From: Sphingomonadales bacterium
Lineage (GTDB): Bacteria; Pseudomonadota; Alphaproteobacteria; Sphingomonadales; Sphingomonadaceae
DNA: 64,000 nt
Direction: 5' to 3'
NCBI GenBank assembly: GCA_017302615.1
Contig: JAFLDB010000006.1
Span: forward strand, 68,284-132,283
Made by a program: the position numbers and the translations under genes
The notes under the pieces: model-generated
Seen by the model: only the letters and a program-made list of their open reading frames with translations
Told to the model about the DNA's origin: nothing
The model's database searches: none
In this document: one piece after another, positions 52,772 through 62,493 of the stretch
Layout: every line of letters begins with the position of its first letter
Position numbering within the stretch: position 1 is the stretch's first letter

Positions 52772-53380
52772 TCACGCCTCCAGCTCGACGTCCCAGTAAA
52801 GCCAATCCCGCCAGGTTTCGTGGAGGTAGTTCGGCGGAAAGCCGCGGCCGCGTTCCTGAAGCTGCCAGCTGGTCGGGCGGATTGGATCGATCAGCAGCGG
52901 CATACCGGCCTGTTTCGGGGTGCGACCGCCCTTCCGGAGATTGCAGGGCGCACAGGCGGTGGCGACGTTTTCCCAGCTGGTCCGCCCGCCCAGCCGCCGG
53001 GGCACCACGTGATCGAAGGTCAGCTGATGCGGGCTGCCGCAGTACTGGCAGCTGAACCGGTCGCGCAGGAACAGGTTGAAGCGGGTGAAGGCCGGATGCT
53101 CGCTGGGTTTCACATACTGGCGGAGCGCGATCACCGACGGGATCGGCATGGTCCAGCTGGGCGAATGGACTTCGCGCGCATAGCTGGCGACGATATCGAC
53201 GCGCTCCAGAAACACCGCCTTGATCGCGGTCTGCCAGGGCCAAAGGCTGAGCGGGTAATAGCTGAGCGGGGTATAATCCGCGTTGAGTACCAGAGCCGGA
53301 CAATCGCCAAGCGGGCGGGAGGGATCCCCCTCTGCGCTGCGGAACCGGGCCGCGCGCTCGATCAGCTCCGCCTTGAGCAT
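52772..53380 (-). CDS. HNH endonuclease
   Basis: LVLNADY, RDRFSCQYCG, TFDHVVP, WENVATACAPCNLRKG. Confidence 0.9.
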   Translation of the reverse strand: MLKAELIERAARFRSAEGDPSRPLGDCPALVLNADYTPLSYYPLSLWPWQTAIKAVFLERVDIVASYAREVHSPSWTMPIPSVIALRQYVKPSEHPAFTRFNLFLRDRFSCQYCGSPHQLTFDHVVPRRLGGRTSWENVATACAPCNLRKGGRTPKQAGMPLLIDPIRPTSWQLQERGRGFPPNYLHETWRDWLYWDVELEA

Positions 53381-53499
53381 GACCTCTTGTGACGAGTGCA
53401 GGTGACGGTTCTGCGACACTCCATGCGCGGACAACACCATGGCCGGGGCGGGCCCGTCAAGCCTTGCCAACGGGCACAATCCACAGGACAAGCGCAGCC

Positions 53500-54345
53500 G
53501 TGATCCGCACCCGCTTTGCCCCCAGCCCAAACGGCCTGCTGCACCTTGGCCATGCCTATGCGGCGATCGAGGCGCACGATCTGGCCCGCGCGAAGGGCGG
53601 TGAATTTCTGCTGCGGGTCGAGGATATTGATCCGGGCCGCAGCCGCGCGGAACTGGTGGGTGAAATCGAGGCCGACCTTGCCTGGCTGGGCCTCGTCCAC
53701 GACGGCCCTGTCCTGCACCAGTCCGCCCGCCTCGACGCCTATGCCGCGGCAGGGGAGCAGCTGAAAGCCATGGGATTGCTCTATCCCTGCCAGTGCACTC
53801 GCGCCGAGGTGCTGGCCGCTGCCAGCGCCAGCGGACCCGATGGCCCGGTCTATGCGGGAACCTGCCGGGACCGCGATGTGAACCCGGAAGGGGCAGCGTG
53901 GCGGATCGCGATGGACCGCGCGGTCCGGCTGGCCGGGCCGCTGACCTGGGAAGACGAACTGGCCGGCCGGCAGGAAGCCATGCCGCAGCGCTTTGGCGAT
54001 GTCGTGCTGCTGCGCAAGGAAGCCCCCGCGAGTTATCACCTGGCGGCAACGCTGGACGACGCCTGGCAGGGAATCACGCTGGTCACGCGCGGGCACGACC
54101 TGTTCCAAGCGACACATGTCCACCGCCTGCTTCAGGCCCTATTGGACCTGCCGGTGCCGCGCTGGCACCACCATGCCTTGCTGGTCGAGGCGGACGGGCG
54201 CAAGCTGGCCAAGCGGCGCGGCTCGCCCGCGCTGAAGGACCTGCGCGATGCGGGCGTTGACGGTGCGGTGCTGGCGGCCGACCTCAGGGCCGGGCGCTTC
54301 CCCGCTGGCCTTTCGCTTGGGCTGGGTTTAGGAGACGGTACATGA
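53500..54345 (+). CDS. gluQ: Glutamyl-queuosine tRNA(Asp) synthetase
   Basis: TRFAPSPNGLLHLGH, LRVEDID, YHLAATLDD, KLAKR; short GluRS lacking the anticodon domain; GTG start 53500. Confidence 0.9.
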   Translation: MIRTRFAPSPNGLLHLGHAYAAIEAHDLARAKGGEFLLRVEDIDPGRSRAELVGEIEADLAWLGLVHDGPVLHQSARLDAYAAAGEQLKAMGLLYPCQCTRAEVLAAASASGPDGPVYAGTCRDRDVNPEGAAWRIAMDRAVRLAGPLTWEDELAGRQEAMPQRFGDVVLLRKEAPASYHLAATLDDAWQGITLVTRGHDLFQATHVHRLLQALLDLPVPRWHHHALLVEADGRKLAKRRGSPALKDLRDAGVDGAVLAADLRAGRFPAGLSLGLGLGDGT

Positions 54346-54575
54346 ACTGGTTTCTCGGCATTCTGATCGCGGGCCTGATGGTCCTGACCGTCATCACCCT
54401 GATCCGCGGGATCGTGGCTTTCATGCAAAGCACGCGCGAGGATCTGGAGCGGCCCGAAGGGGCCGGTCCCACGGCGATGCAACTGCAGCAGAACAAGATG
54501 ATGTTCCGCCGGATCTGGTTCCAGGCCGCCGCGATCCTGGTCGCCGGCATCCTGCTTTATGCCAACCAGGGCTGA
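54342..54575 (+). CDS. HIG1-like twin-TM small protein
   Basis: Two TM helices; QNKMMFRRIWFQA resembles the HIG1 (Q/I)x3(R/H)xRx3Q motif. Confidence 0.75.
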   Translation: MNWFLGILIAGLMVLTVITLIRGIVAFMQSTREDLERPEGAGPTAMQLQQNKMMFRRIWFQAAAILVAGILLYANQG

Positions 54576-54583
54576 GGCCCGCC

Positions 54584-55156
54584 TTGGTCAAGCTGAACAA
54601 GATCTACACCCGCACCGGTGACGATGGCACCACCGGACTGGTCGACGGCACCCGCCGCGCCAAGCACGATGCCCGGATGGACGCGATCGGCGTGGTGGAC
54701 GAGGCCAATTCCGCCCTTGGTCATGCCGCCGTCGCGCTGGACGCTGACGGGCCGCACCGGATGGCAGTATACCGGATCCAGAACGACCTGTTCGATCTGG
54801 GCGCTGATCTGGCCACCCCCGGGGACAATTTCGCGCCGTCGGAAATGGTCCTGCGGATCGTGCCGGGACAGGCTGAGTGGCTGGAAGGCCAGATCGACCT
54901 GCTGAACGAGACCATGCCGCCGCTGACCAGCTTCATCCTGCCTGGCGGCAGCGAAGCGGCGGCCCGCGTCCACATTGCCCGCGCCACCACGCGCCGGGCC
55001 GAACGGGCGATGACCGCGCTGGCCGCACAGGAACCGGTCAATCCTGCGGCTCTGGCCTATATCAACCGCCTGTCGGACTACCTGTTTGTCCTGGCCCGGG
55101 CCATCAACGCGGGCAGCGGCGGCGACGTGCTGTGGGTGCCCGGCCAGAACCGCTGA
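54584..55156 (+). CDS. PduO-type ATP:cob(I)alamin adenosyltransferase
   Basis: KIYTRTGDDGTT, IQNDLFDLGADL, FILPGG, RRAER, YINRLSDYLF. Confidence 0.92.
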   Translation: MVKLNKIYTRTGDDGTTGLVDGTRRAKHDARMDAIGVVDEANSALGHAAVALDADGPHRMAVYRIQNDLFDLGADLATPGDNFAPSEMVLRIVPGQAEWLEGQIDLLNETMPPLTSFILPGGSEAAARVHIARATTRRAERAMTALAAQEPVNPAALAYINRLSDYLFVLARAINAGSGGDVLWVPGQNR

Positions 55157-55263
55157 AGGCCATTCGCCAAAAACCGCCACCAGCCATGCCGAAACCACTG
55201 GCAATCCGCCCAAGGCATCGCTAACCATCGCGCTCTGCTGCAAGTGCGAAGAGGGATTGAGCG

Positions 55264-56133
55264 ATGCGGATCGTGGGCATTATCGGGGCTGGCCAGATGG
55301 GATCTGGTATCGCCCAGACCGTGGCCCAGAACGGCATCAGGGTACTGCTTGCCGATGTTGACATCGCCCTGGCGGAAAAGGCCAAGGCCGGGATCGACAA
55401 GGCGCTGACCCGGCTTGTCAGCCGCGAGAAGCTGACCCCTGACGCGGCCGAGGCGGCCCTGGCCCGGATCACCCCGGTGGCGGACTATGCCCCGATGGCC
55501 GAAGCCGACCTGATCATCGAGGCCGCGACCGAAAAGGAAGAGATCAAGCGCCGCATCTTCGAAGCGGCCGGCAAGGTGCTGAACGCCGATGCGATCATGG
55601 CATCGAACACCAGTTCGATCCCGATCACCCGCATGGCCACCTCCTCGCCCGATCCCAAGCGCTTCATCGGGCTGCACTTCTTCAACCCGGTTCCGGTCAT
55701 GGGCCTGATCGAGGTGATCCCGGGACTGGCCACGAGTGCCGAAACCGTGGCCCGCACCCGCGCCTTTGCCGAAAGTCTGGGCAAGCAGGTGGTTCAGGCC
55801 GAGGATGAACCCGGCTTTGTGGTCAACCGCATCCTGCTGCCGATGATCAACGAGGCGGTCTTCGTGCTGGGCCAGGGCACTGCCAGCATTGCCGATATCG
55901 ACAAGGGCTGCAGGCTGGGCCTCAACCATCCGATGGGTCCGCTGGAACTGGCCGATTTCGTGGGGCTGGACACCTGTCTCGATATTGTCAGAGTGCTCTA
56001 CAATACCACCGGGGATTCCAAGTACCGCCCCGCACCGTTGCTGGTCAAATATGTCGAAGCCGGTTGGCTGGGCCGCAAGGCCGGGCGCGGTTTCTACGAC
56101 TATTCCGGCGAGGCACCGGTACCGACGCGTTGA
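55264..56133 (+). CDS. hbd: 3-hydroxybutyryl-CoA dehydrogenase
   Basis: [51 protein letters not shown]. Confidence 0.92.
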   Translation: MRIVGIIGAGQMGSGIAQTVAQNGIRVLLADVDIALAEKAKAGIDKALTRLVSREKLTPDAAEAALARITPVADYAPMAEADLIIEAATEKEEIKRRIFEAAGKVLNADAIMASNTSSIPITRMATSSPDPKRFIGLHFFNPVPVMGLIEVIPGLATSAETVARTRAFAESLGKQVVQAEDEPGFVVNRILLPMINEAVFVLGQGTASIADIDKGCRLGLNHPMGPLELADFVGLDTCLDIVRVLYNTTGDSKYRPAPLLVKYVEAGWLGRKAGRGFYDYSGEAPVPTR

Positions 56134-56186
56134 TGACTTGAACCGCCGGAGCATTGGTCCGGCAAGATTGGGAGGACGAACAGGCC

Positions 56187-56930
56187 ATGTATCCAGCCGA
56201 CTGGCACAAGCTTTACGGCGATATGACCGGCGAATCGGCCCGGCGGGTACTGACCCCGCTGGTCGAACTGTTCGGTGCCAAATCGATGGTCGAGGTCGGC
56301 TGCGGCAACGGTCACTGGACCCAGGCAGGGATCGATGCCGGGATCACCGACTACACCGTAGTCGATGGCCCGTGGAACAACCGTGATCACCTGCTGGTCG
56401 ACCGGGCCAATTTCATCGAGGCCCGGCTGGAAGTGCCGCTTGTGCTGCCACGCCGCTATGACCTGGCGGTTTGCCTTGAAGTGGCCGAGCATGTGCGCGG
56501 GGACAGCGTCCCGACAGTGGTGGAATCGCTGTGCAACGCCTCTGACGTGGTGATCTTTGGCGCGGCGATTCCGTTCCAGGGCGGCTATGGCCACATCAAC
56601 GAACAGTGGCCATCGTGGTGGCGCCCGCATTTCGAGGCGCAAGGCTATCGCCCCTATGATCTGGTCCGTCCCAAGCACTGGAACGACCGTGCGATCCACT
56701 ACTGGTACCGCCAGAACATGTTCGTCTATGTGCGCGAGGCCAATGCCGAGGCCAGCCGGATCGCGGCCGAGGCCGAACAGGCTTCGAGCGGAGCGCTGTT
56801 CGATGCCGTCCATCCCGAGAAGTTCGAGGAGGTCGCATCGTACCAGTCGATCGCGATGAAGCGCCTGGTCAAGGCTCTGCCGGCCTGGCTCAGCACCCGA
56901 ATGCGCTCCAAGCTGGCCGGACACGGCTGA
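56187..56930 (+). CDS. Class I SAM-dependent methyltransferase (polysaccharide-associated)
   Basis: VEVGCGNG, DLAVCLEVAEH, AAIPFQGGYGHINEQWPSWW. Confidence 0.8.
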   Translation: MYPADWHKLYGDMTGESARRVLTPLVELFGAKSMVEVGCGNGHWTQAGIDAGITDYTVVDGPWNNRDHLLVDRANFIEARLEVPLVLPRRYDLAVCLEVAEHVRGDSVPTVVESLCNASDVVIFGAAIPFQGGYGHINEQWPSWWRPHFEAQGYRPYDLVRPKHWNDRAIHYWYRQNMFVYVREANAEASRIAAEAEQASSGALFDAVHPEKFEEVASYQSIAMKRLVKALPAWLSTRMRSKLAGHG

Positions 56931-56998
56931 TCCCATGATCTGCCCCCTTCAGAGTGATCCAGTTTCTATTTTAGAATTGGTCACGAAGGAGGAATGGA

Positions 56999-57274
56999 AT
57001 GGCAAGGAAGCACAGGCCGGAGGAGATCATCAGCAAGCTGCGTGAAGCGGAGATTGTTCTGGCCCAGGGCGGCGTGGTTGCGGATGCGTGCCGGCGGATT
57101 GGCGTCACGGAGCAGACCTATTACCGCTGGCGCAGGGAGTATGGCGGCCTGAAGACCGATCAGGCGCGGCGGATGAAAGAGCTCGAGAAGGAGAACGCCC
57201 GGCTGCGCCGTGCGGTATCGGACCTGACGCTGGACAAGCTGATCCTGCAGGAGGCTGCCAAGGGAAACTTCTGA
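56999..57274 (+). CDS. IS3 transposase OrfA
   Basis: HTH ACRRIGVTEQTYYRWRREYGG; LEKENARLRRAVSDL leucine zipper. Confidence 0.92.
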   Translation: MARKHRPEEIISKLREAEIVLAQGGVVADACRRIGVTEQTYYRWRREYGGLKTDQARRMKELEKENARLRRAVSDLTLDKLILQEAAKGNF

Positions 57275-58167
57275 GCCCCGCGCGCCGACGGCGCTGCATC
57301 GATCATATCAAGGTCACGATGGCGGTTTCCGAGCGACGGGTCTGCCGTGTTCTTGGCCAACATCGATCGACACAGCGCAAGGTGCCTCGCGGGGCAGATG
57401 ACGAAGCCGCTCTGACCGAGGATATTATCGCGCTTGCCCGGCAGTATGGCCGTTATGGCTATCGCCGAGTGACGGCGTTGCTGCGCGATGCGGGATGGCA
57501 TGTGAACCGCAAGCGGGTCGAGCGCATCTGGCGGCGAGAGGGTCTCAAGGTGCCGCAGAAGCAGCCGAAGCGGGGCAGGCTCTGGCTCAATGACGGATCG
57601 TGCATCCGGCTGCGACCCGAGTATCCGGGGCACGTTTGGTCTTACGACTTCGTCGAGGGACGTACCCATGACGGCCGCAAGTTCCGGATCCTGTCGATCA
57701 TCGATGAGGCCAGCCGGGAATGCCTGGCTTTGCCGGTAGCCAGGCGGCTCAGAAGCGAAGACGTGCTGGCGGCTCTCGCCGAGCTGTTCGTCACCCGGGG
57801 GCCGCCCGCACACATCCGGTCCGACAATGGTCCGGAGTTCATCGCCAATGCCGTGCAAGAGTGGCTGGCGAGGATCGGTGTGAAGACGCTCTACATCACG
57901 CCCGGCAGCCCATGGGAGAACGGCTACTGCGAATCCTTCAACGGCTCGATGCGTGACGAGCTCTTGAACGGGGAGATTTTCTATACCCTGGCCGAGGCCC
58001 GGATCCTGATCGAGGCCTGGCGGCAGCACTACAACACCGTCAGGCCGCACAGCTCGCTGGGATATCGGCCGCCGGCCCCGGAAGCGGCGACACCGCCATG
58101 GCTGCCCTCCGGTTCCGCTTCGCTCCACCTGCGGACAGCCATGGCGGCGGAGGCAATCTTGCACTAA
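57271..58167 (+). CDS. IS3 transposase OrfB (DDE integrase), expressed via -1 frameshift
   Basis: YGYRRV, WSYDFV, IRSDNGPEF, PGSPWENGYCESFNG, HYNTVRPHSSLGY; start approximate. Confidence 0.92.
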   Translation: MSPARRRRCIDHIKVTMAVSERRVCRVLGQHRSTQRKVPRGADDEAALTEDIIALARQYGRYGYRRVTALLRDAGWHVNRKRVERIWRREGLKVPQKQPKRGRLWLNDGSCIRLRPEYPGHVWSYDFVEGRTHDGRKFRILSIIDEASRECLALPVARRLRSEDVLAALAELFVTRGPPAHIRSDNGPEFIANAVQEWLARIGVKTLYITPGSPWENGYCESFNGSMRDELLNGEIFYTLAEARILIEAWRQHYNTVRPHSSLGYRPPAPEAATPPWLPSGSASLHLRTAMAAEAILH

Positions 58168-58201
58168 CAATCAACACGGACCACTCAGTGGGGGCCGGTC
58201 A

Positions 58202-59509
58202 TTCCGGCCGTTCTTCGCTTGGTACCGTGACTACGACGGCATTTATCGGGGCTACCAGTTCAGCCCGACTATGGAAGACAAGATCACTGTGCTGATCGCC
58301 ACGATGATCGGCCTGGTCTGTTTCGTTTTGCCGGCTATGCGGTTTGGCAATGCGCCGCCACGCTTTCCGCAGGATCGCTTCAACGAGGCGGAACGTAAGG
58401 AAATGATCCGGCCCTACCTGTTCGTTGCCGCCGTGCTGGTGCCGCTTGGGCTCATTTCCGTACTGGCAAACTGGGATACCCGCGCCAATGATACCGGAAC
58501 CATGGTCATGGATGCGGCCACCGGACACACGGTCAACACCACTAGCAATGGTTACTTCGACAATTTGCAGCTCATGCTGGCGCCGCTGACCGTCCTTTGC
58601 GTCTGGCTTTACCGCTTCAAGTGGTGGACCTTCCTGCCCTTGCTGGCCTTCCTGATTCTCAGAGGCGGCACGGGCGGGCGCTGGCCGATCGTGATGGCCT
58701 GTGCGACTGTGGCCCTTCTGTTCCTTTACGAACACCGCCGCAAATGGCCTAACCTGCGGGCAATAGCCTTGGGGTCAGTTGCCCTGGCGTTTTTCCAGTT
58801 CATCGGTCAAGATCGCGGAACAGCGATCCGACGTCTCTTCATCGACGACTACAGCAACCTCGATTACAATGTCGGGCGCGTCGAACTGCGATTCATGGAA
58901 GGCATGGACTTCGCCAATCTCGAATTCTTCGAGTATCTGGTGTACGCCGTGCCCCAGCGCACGGGTACCTACGGTTTCTTTCTCGACAATCTGCAGATTT
59001 TCACTCAGCCGATCCCCCGGGTTTTGTGGGAAGGGAAACCGATCGGCCCGCCGATCCAGCTCTTCTCTCTGTTCGACTACGGATATCCGATCGGCATGAC
59101 CTATTCTCTGCCTGGCAACGGGTGGGTGCAACTTGGCTTCCTCGGGGTAATGATCTGGTGCGGCCTGTTTGGCTGGTTCTTTGGCTGGCTGTACAATCGC
59201 TTTCAAAGGTCCATGCACAGCAACCCGGCAGTACTGATGTACTTGCTGACCTTGCCGCTCACCCTGACGTTTTTCCGCGACGGCTTTTTGCTGACAATGA
59301 TCCAGACAGTGGCATTCTTCATTTTCCCGGTCTGGCTCATCGTGCGCTTCGCCAAGCTTACTGCGGTCCCGCTAGCAGATGATTTGCGGTTGATGGCATT
59401 CCGCAAGATTGCTCGGCGTCAGCCCGACATCGCTGCCAAGATCCTGGCACGGCGTGGTGTCCGCCCGGGCAGGACAAGACAGCCAAGGCAGGGCTTGCCG
59501 GCCGAATGA
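58202..59509 (+). pseudogene. Wzy-like polysaccharide polymerase, 5' end removed by the IS
   Basis: Frame open from the IS end (FRPFFAWYRDYDGIYRGYQFSPTMEDK...); many TM segments; LRGGTGGRW, FANLEFFEYL and GWVQLGFLGV segments; low GC. Confidence 0.7.
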
Positions 59510-60651
59510 CCCCCGGGCTGTTGGATGGCAAACGCATCGGACTGCTGACTGCATCCGCATCCCGGCTGGGTGGCGGTGTCTTTGAAGCCGTGGTCAATCA
59601 TGCGGCGATGCTCAGGGAGCATGGCGCGACGGTTTTCGTTTTCGCACTCGAAGACGAGCACAGCGCAGCCGATGCGGGTAGGTTCGATGGTTGTCAGCTC
59701 CACCATGCACCTGTCGTGGGGCCGGGCTTCTTTGGTTATGCGCCGGCGCTTGGCAGACTGCTGGACCGGGCAAGACTGGACCTGCTGCACCTCAACGGGA
59801 TCTGGATGTATCCGTCGCAGGCCGGATCGGCCTGGGCCGCGCGCAGTGGGAAGCCTTATGTGATAAGCCCCCACGGCATGCTCGATCCCTGGATTACCGG
59901 TCGGGGTCGCTGGAAGAAGGCCTTGGCCCGGTTGGGATATGAACGCAGATCGTGGCACAGAGCCGGCGCCCTGCATGCGCTGACCGGTCGGGAAGCGGCA
60001 GATATCGCGCGGGAGAGCGGTCGGACTGACAGCCTGGTAATCGCCAATGCCGGACCGCCAGCCAGCATGGCTTCCCCAGAGCCTCGCGCGCCGAAAATTG
60101 GCTACATCGGCCGAATTCACCCAAAGAAGAACATTCACGCGCTGATTGATGCCTGGTCCATGCTGGATAGCGAGGGTGCGCTGCCCATTGGGGCGGAACT
60201 GCGGATTGCCGGCTGGGGCGATGCAGCCGATGTGGCGGCCCTGGAAACGCGTCTTGCGGCAGCACCTGCGAACGTGAGCTTTCTTGGCCCCCAGTACGGC
60301 GAGGACAAGGCACGGCTGCTGACGCAATCCCGGTTCATCACCTTGCCCTCACACAGCGAGGGCCTGCCGGTAGCAATTCTGGAAGCATGGGCAGCCGGCA
60401 CGCCGGTATTGATGAGTGAGGAATGCAATCTTCCGATCGGCTTTGAGAGCGGGGCGGCCATCGATACCGGGTTCACGCCTGAAAGCATTGCTGGCGCCAT
60501 CCGCTCGGCTTTGGCGCTCGATCATGCTGAATGGCAGGACATGGCGCGATCTGCGATTGCTCTGGCGGCCGGACCGTTCTCTGCGGAAACCATTGCCCGC
60601 ACCTGGGCCGAAGCCTATCTTGGCCTGATCCAAGCGGGAGACAGAACTTGA
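59506..60651 (+). CDS. Glycosyltransferase family 4
   Basis: ISPHGMLDPW, YIGRIHPKKN, LPSHSEGLPVAILEAWAAG. Confidence 0.9.
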   Translation: MTPGLLDGKRIGLLTASASRLGGGVFEAVVNHAAMLREHGATVFVFALEDEHSAADAGRFDGCQLHHAPVVGPGFFGYAPALGRLLDRARLDLLHLNGIWMYPSQAGSAWAARSGKPYVISPHGMLDPWITGRGRWKKALARLGYERRSWHRAGALHALTGREAADIARESGRTDSLVIANAGPPASMASPEPRAPKIGYIGRIHPKKNIHALIDAWSMLDSEGALPIGAELRIAGWGDAADVAALETRLAAAPANVSFLGPQYGEDKARLLTQSRFITLPSHSEGLPVAILEAWAAGTPVLMSEECNLPIGFESGAAIDTGFTPESIAGAIRSALALDHAEWQDMARSAIALAAGPFSAETIARTWAEAYLGLIQAGDRT

Positions 60652-61217
60652 GCGAACCGCTGGATGCGCGCAGCACTCGGCCGATGGAAGGTGGTGCCAG
60701 CTTCTCGCTCGCCAACCGGCTGACGAGGGTGGCATGGGGACTGGCCTGGCTGATGTTCGCCCGGTTCACCCCGCCGCCGCTCCATGGTTGGAGGCGCTTG
60801 ATCCTTAGGGCTTTCGGAGCAAGGGTCGCAAAAGGGGCGCGGGTTCATGCCAGCGTTTCGATCTGGCTACCCGCCAATTTGGAACTGGGTGAGAACTGTC
60901 TGATCGGGCCACGGGCGCGGATTTACAATCAGGGTCAAATCCGGATTGGAGCCCGTACCATCGTTTCCCAGGGCGCGCAGTTATGCGCTAGCACTCATGA
61001 CGTGAATGATCCGCACTTCCAGTTGGTCTTGCGTCCGATCACGATCGGCGAGCAATGCTGGGTGGCGGCTGACGCATTTGTCGGCCCTGGCGTGACCATG
61101 CACGACCGTTCTGTGCTGGCTGCTAGAGCTGTTCTGTTCACCGATGCACAGGCGGACACCATCTACCGGGGCAATCCGGCCGAGGTCTTGAAGCCGCGCA
61201 GGCTGCGGGCGGATTAG
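60648..61217 (+). CDS. wcaF: WcaF-like hexapeptide-repeat acetyltransferase
   Basis: LRAFGARVAKGARVHASVSIWLP, SQGAQLCASTHD, FVGPGV, IYRGNPA; TTG start after GGGAG. Confidence 0.8.
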   Translation: MSEPLDARSTRPMEGGASFSLANRLTRVAWGLAWLMFARFTPPPLHGWRRLILRAFGARVAKGARVHASVSIWLPANLELGENCLIGPRARIYNQGQIRIGARTIVSQGAQLCASTHDVNDPHFQLVLRPITIGEQCWVAADAFVGPGVTMHDRSVLAARAVLFTDAQADTIYRGNPAEVLKPRRLRAD

Positions 61218-62323
61218 CGGTTGGCGTAAAGCTGGGCAGAGCCGCCCTGGTGGCTTTCATTGCCGAAGTAGATTGTCCGGGCGATTGAAGCAATCCGCGC
61301 ATCGCGGTTGGGCTTGCCGCCCTGCCCGGTGACGTAGATCGCCACGGCATAGGCATGACCATCCGGCGCCTGAATAATCCCGACGTCGCTGGCCGTGTTG
61401 TTCAGCGTTCCTGTCTTGTGGGCGATCCGCGCATCATCCGGCAGCAGGGCGCGCATCCGGCGTTTACCGGTTTCGCACCGCTCCATGGTGGTCAGCAGAA
61501 AGGCGCGGCTACGCGGGCTGAGCCACTTGCCCTGGAACAGACCGGAGAGCAGCTGAGCCATGGCCAGCGGGGTGGAACTGTCACGAAGATCGACCATGCT
61601 GGCCGGATTGAATTCCCCGTCGTCGCGAACCAGCGTGGCAATGTCACGATCGATCCGCATGCCCTGGATCCCGGTGGATCGGATCCAGCGATTGACCGCT
61701 TCAGGGCCACCAACTGCCGCCAGAAGCGCATCGGTCGCCGGATTGGAACTGTAAATCAGCGCCAATTCGATCAGTTCACGGGCGGAAACCATCTTGCCCG
61801 GGCGTACAGGAGCCTTCTCGCTGGAGAACTTGGCCGACTTGACCGGAATCAGCAGCGGGAACTGATCGTCAAGACTCCACTTTCCCTTGTCTACGCCGTC
61901 AAGGAATGTTGCCGCCACGGCGATCTTGCTGGTCGAGGCCATCGGGAACGGCGTGTCTCCCAGCACCGATACGGTCTGGCCGGTGGTCAGGTCGATCACG
62001 GCAACACCGATCCGCCCGTTGGCCGGATCGGCTGCAGTATAAAGCTGCGCCTCGAAACTTGAAGCGAACGAGCGCGGCTGGCCGTAGGAAACAAACGGGC
62101 GAACGGTTGACGGCGTCGGGCGGGTCCGTACCGGGGCCTTGGTACTGTCGGTCGGCTGGACCACCGCCCGGCTGGCGGACGACGGCTGGGGCGCAGGAGC
62201 CACGAAAGCACGATCGAACTCAGCCTCGAGCGAGCTGTCGGCACGGGCAGCACCGACCGGCGTCAGCACGGTGCCGGCCATTGCCAGCAAGCTTACAAGC
62301 TTCGAGAACAGTCCCGTCTTCAC
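61214..62323 (-). CDS. Class A beta-lactamase-like serine hydrolase
   Basis: Signal peptide and P/S/T-rich linker; FPMASTSK, IYSSN, AHKTGT. Confidence 0.8.
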   Translation of the reverse strand: MKTGLFSKLVSLLAMAGTVLTPVGAARADSSLEAEFDRAFVAPAPQPSSASRAVVQPTDSTKAPVRTRPTPSTVRPFVSYGQPRSFASSFEAQLYTAADPANGRIGVAVIDLTTGQTVSVLGDTPFPMASTSKIAVAATFLDGVDKGKWSLDDQFPLLIPVKSAKFSSEKAPVRPGKMVSARELIELALIYSSNPATDALLAAVGGPEAVNRWIRSTGIQGMRIDRDIATLVRDDGEFNPASMVDLRDSSTPLAMAQLLSGLFQGKWLSPRSRAFLLTTMERCETGKRRMRALLPDDARIAHKTGTLNNTASDVGIIQAPDGHAYAVAIYVTGQGGKPNRDARIASIARTIYFGNESHQGGSAQLYANR

Positions 62324-62434
62324 GCCGGAAGCGATAGCCCAATCATGCTTTCCGTTTGGCTAACGGGGGCGGCAAGGCAAAGGTCTGCGCGACGAACTGC
62401 CCCTTGCTTGCGGGAAATTGCGTAACCGGACAAC

Positions 62435-62468
62435 AAAACGGGCCGGAAGGATCGCTCCTCCCGGCCCG
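62435..62468 (-). terminator. Rho-independent terminator of groEL
   Basis: Minus strand CGGGCCGGGAGGA-GCGA-TCCTTCCGGCCCG followed by TTTT. Confidence 0.8.
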
Positions 62469-62493
62469 CCTTGTGCCTTGGTCGGTCCCGGAC

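Larger units (their letters stand above)
56936..58201 (+). mobile_element. IS3-family insertion sequence, 1266 bp
   Basis: IRL TGATCTGCCCCCTTCAGAGTGATCC and IRR (reverse complement) TGACCGGCCCCCACTGAGTGGTCC; orfA/orfB with GGGAAAC frameshift motif; no flanking direct repeat. Confidence 0.93.

Noticed and set aside
52772-53380. HNH nuclease as a defence or homing element
   Set aside because: Host-like codon use, no methyltransferase, intron or island context; looks like the common conserved alphaproteobacterial HNH family
57262-57280. Frameshift between transposase orfA and orfB as a defect or novelty
   Set aside because: GGGAAAC -1 frameshifting is standard IS3 biology
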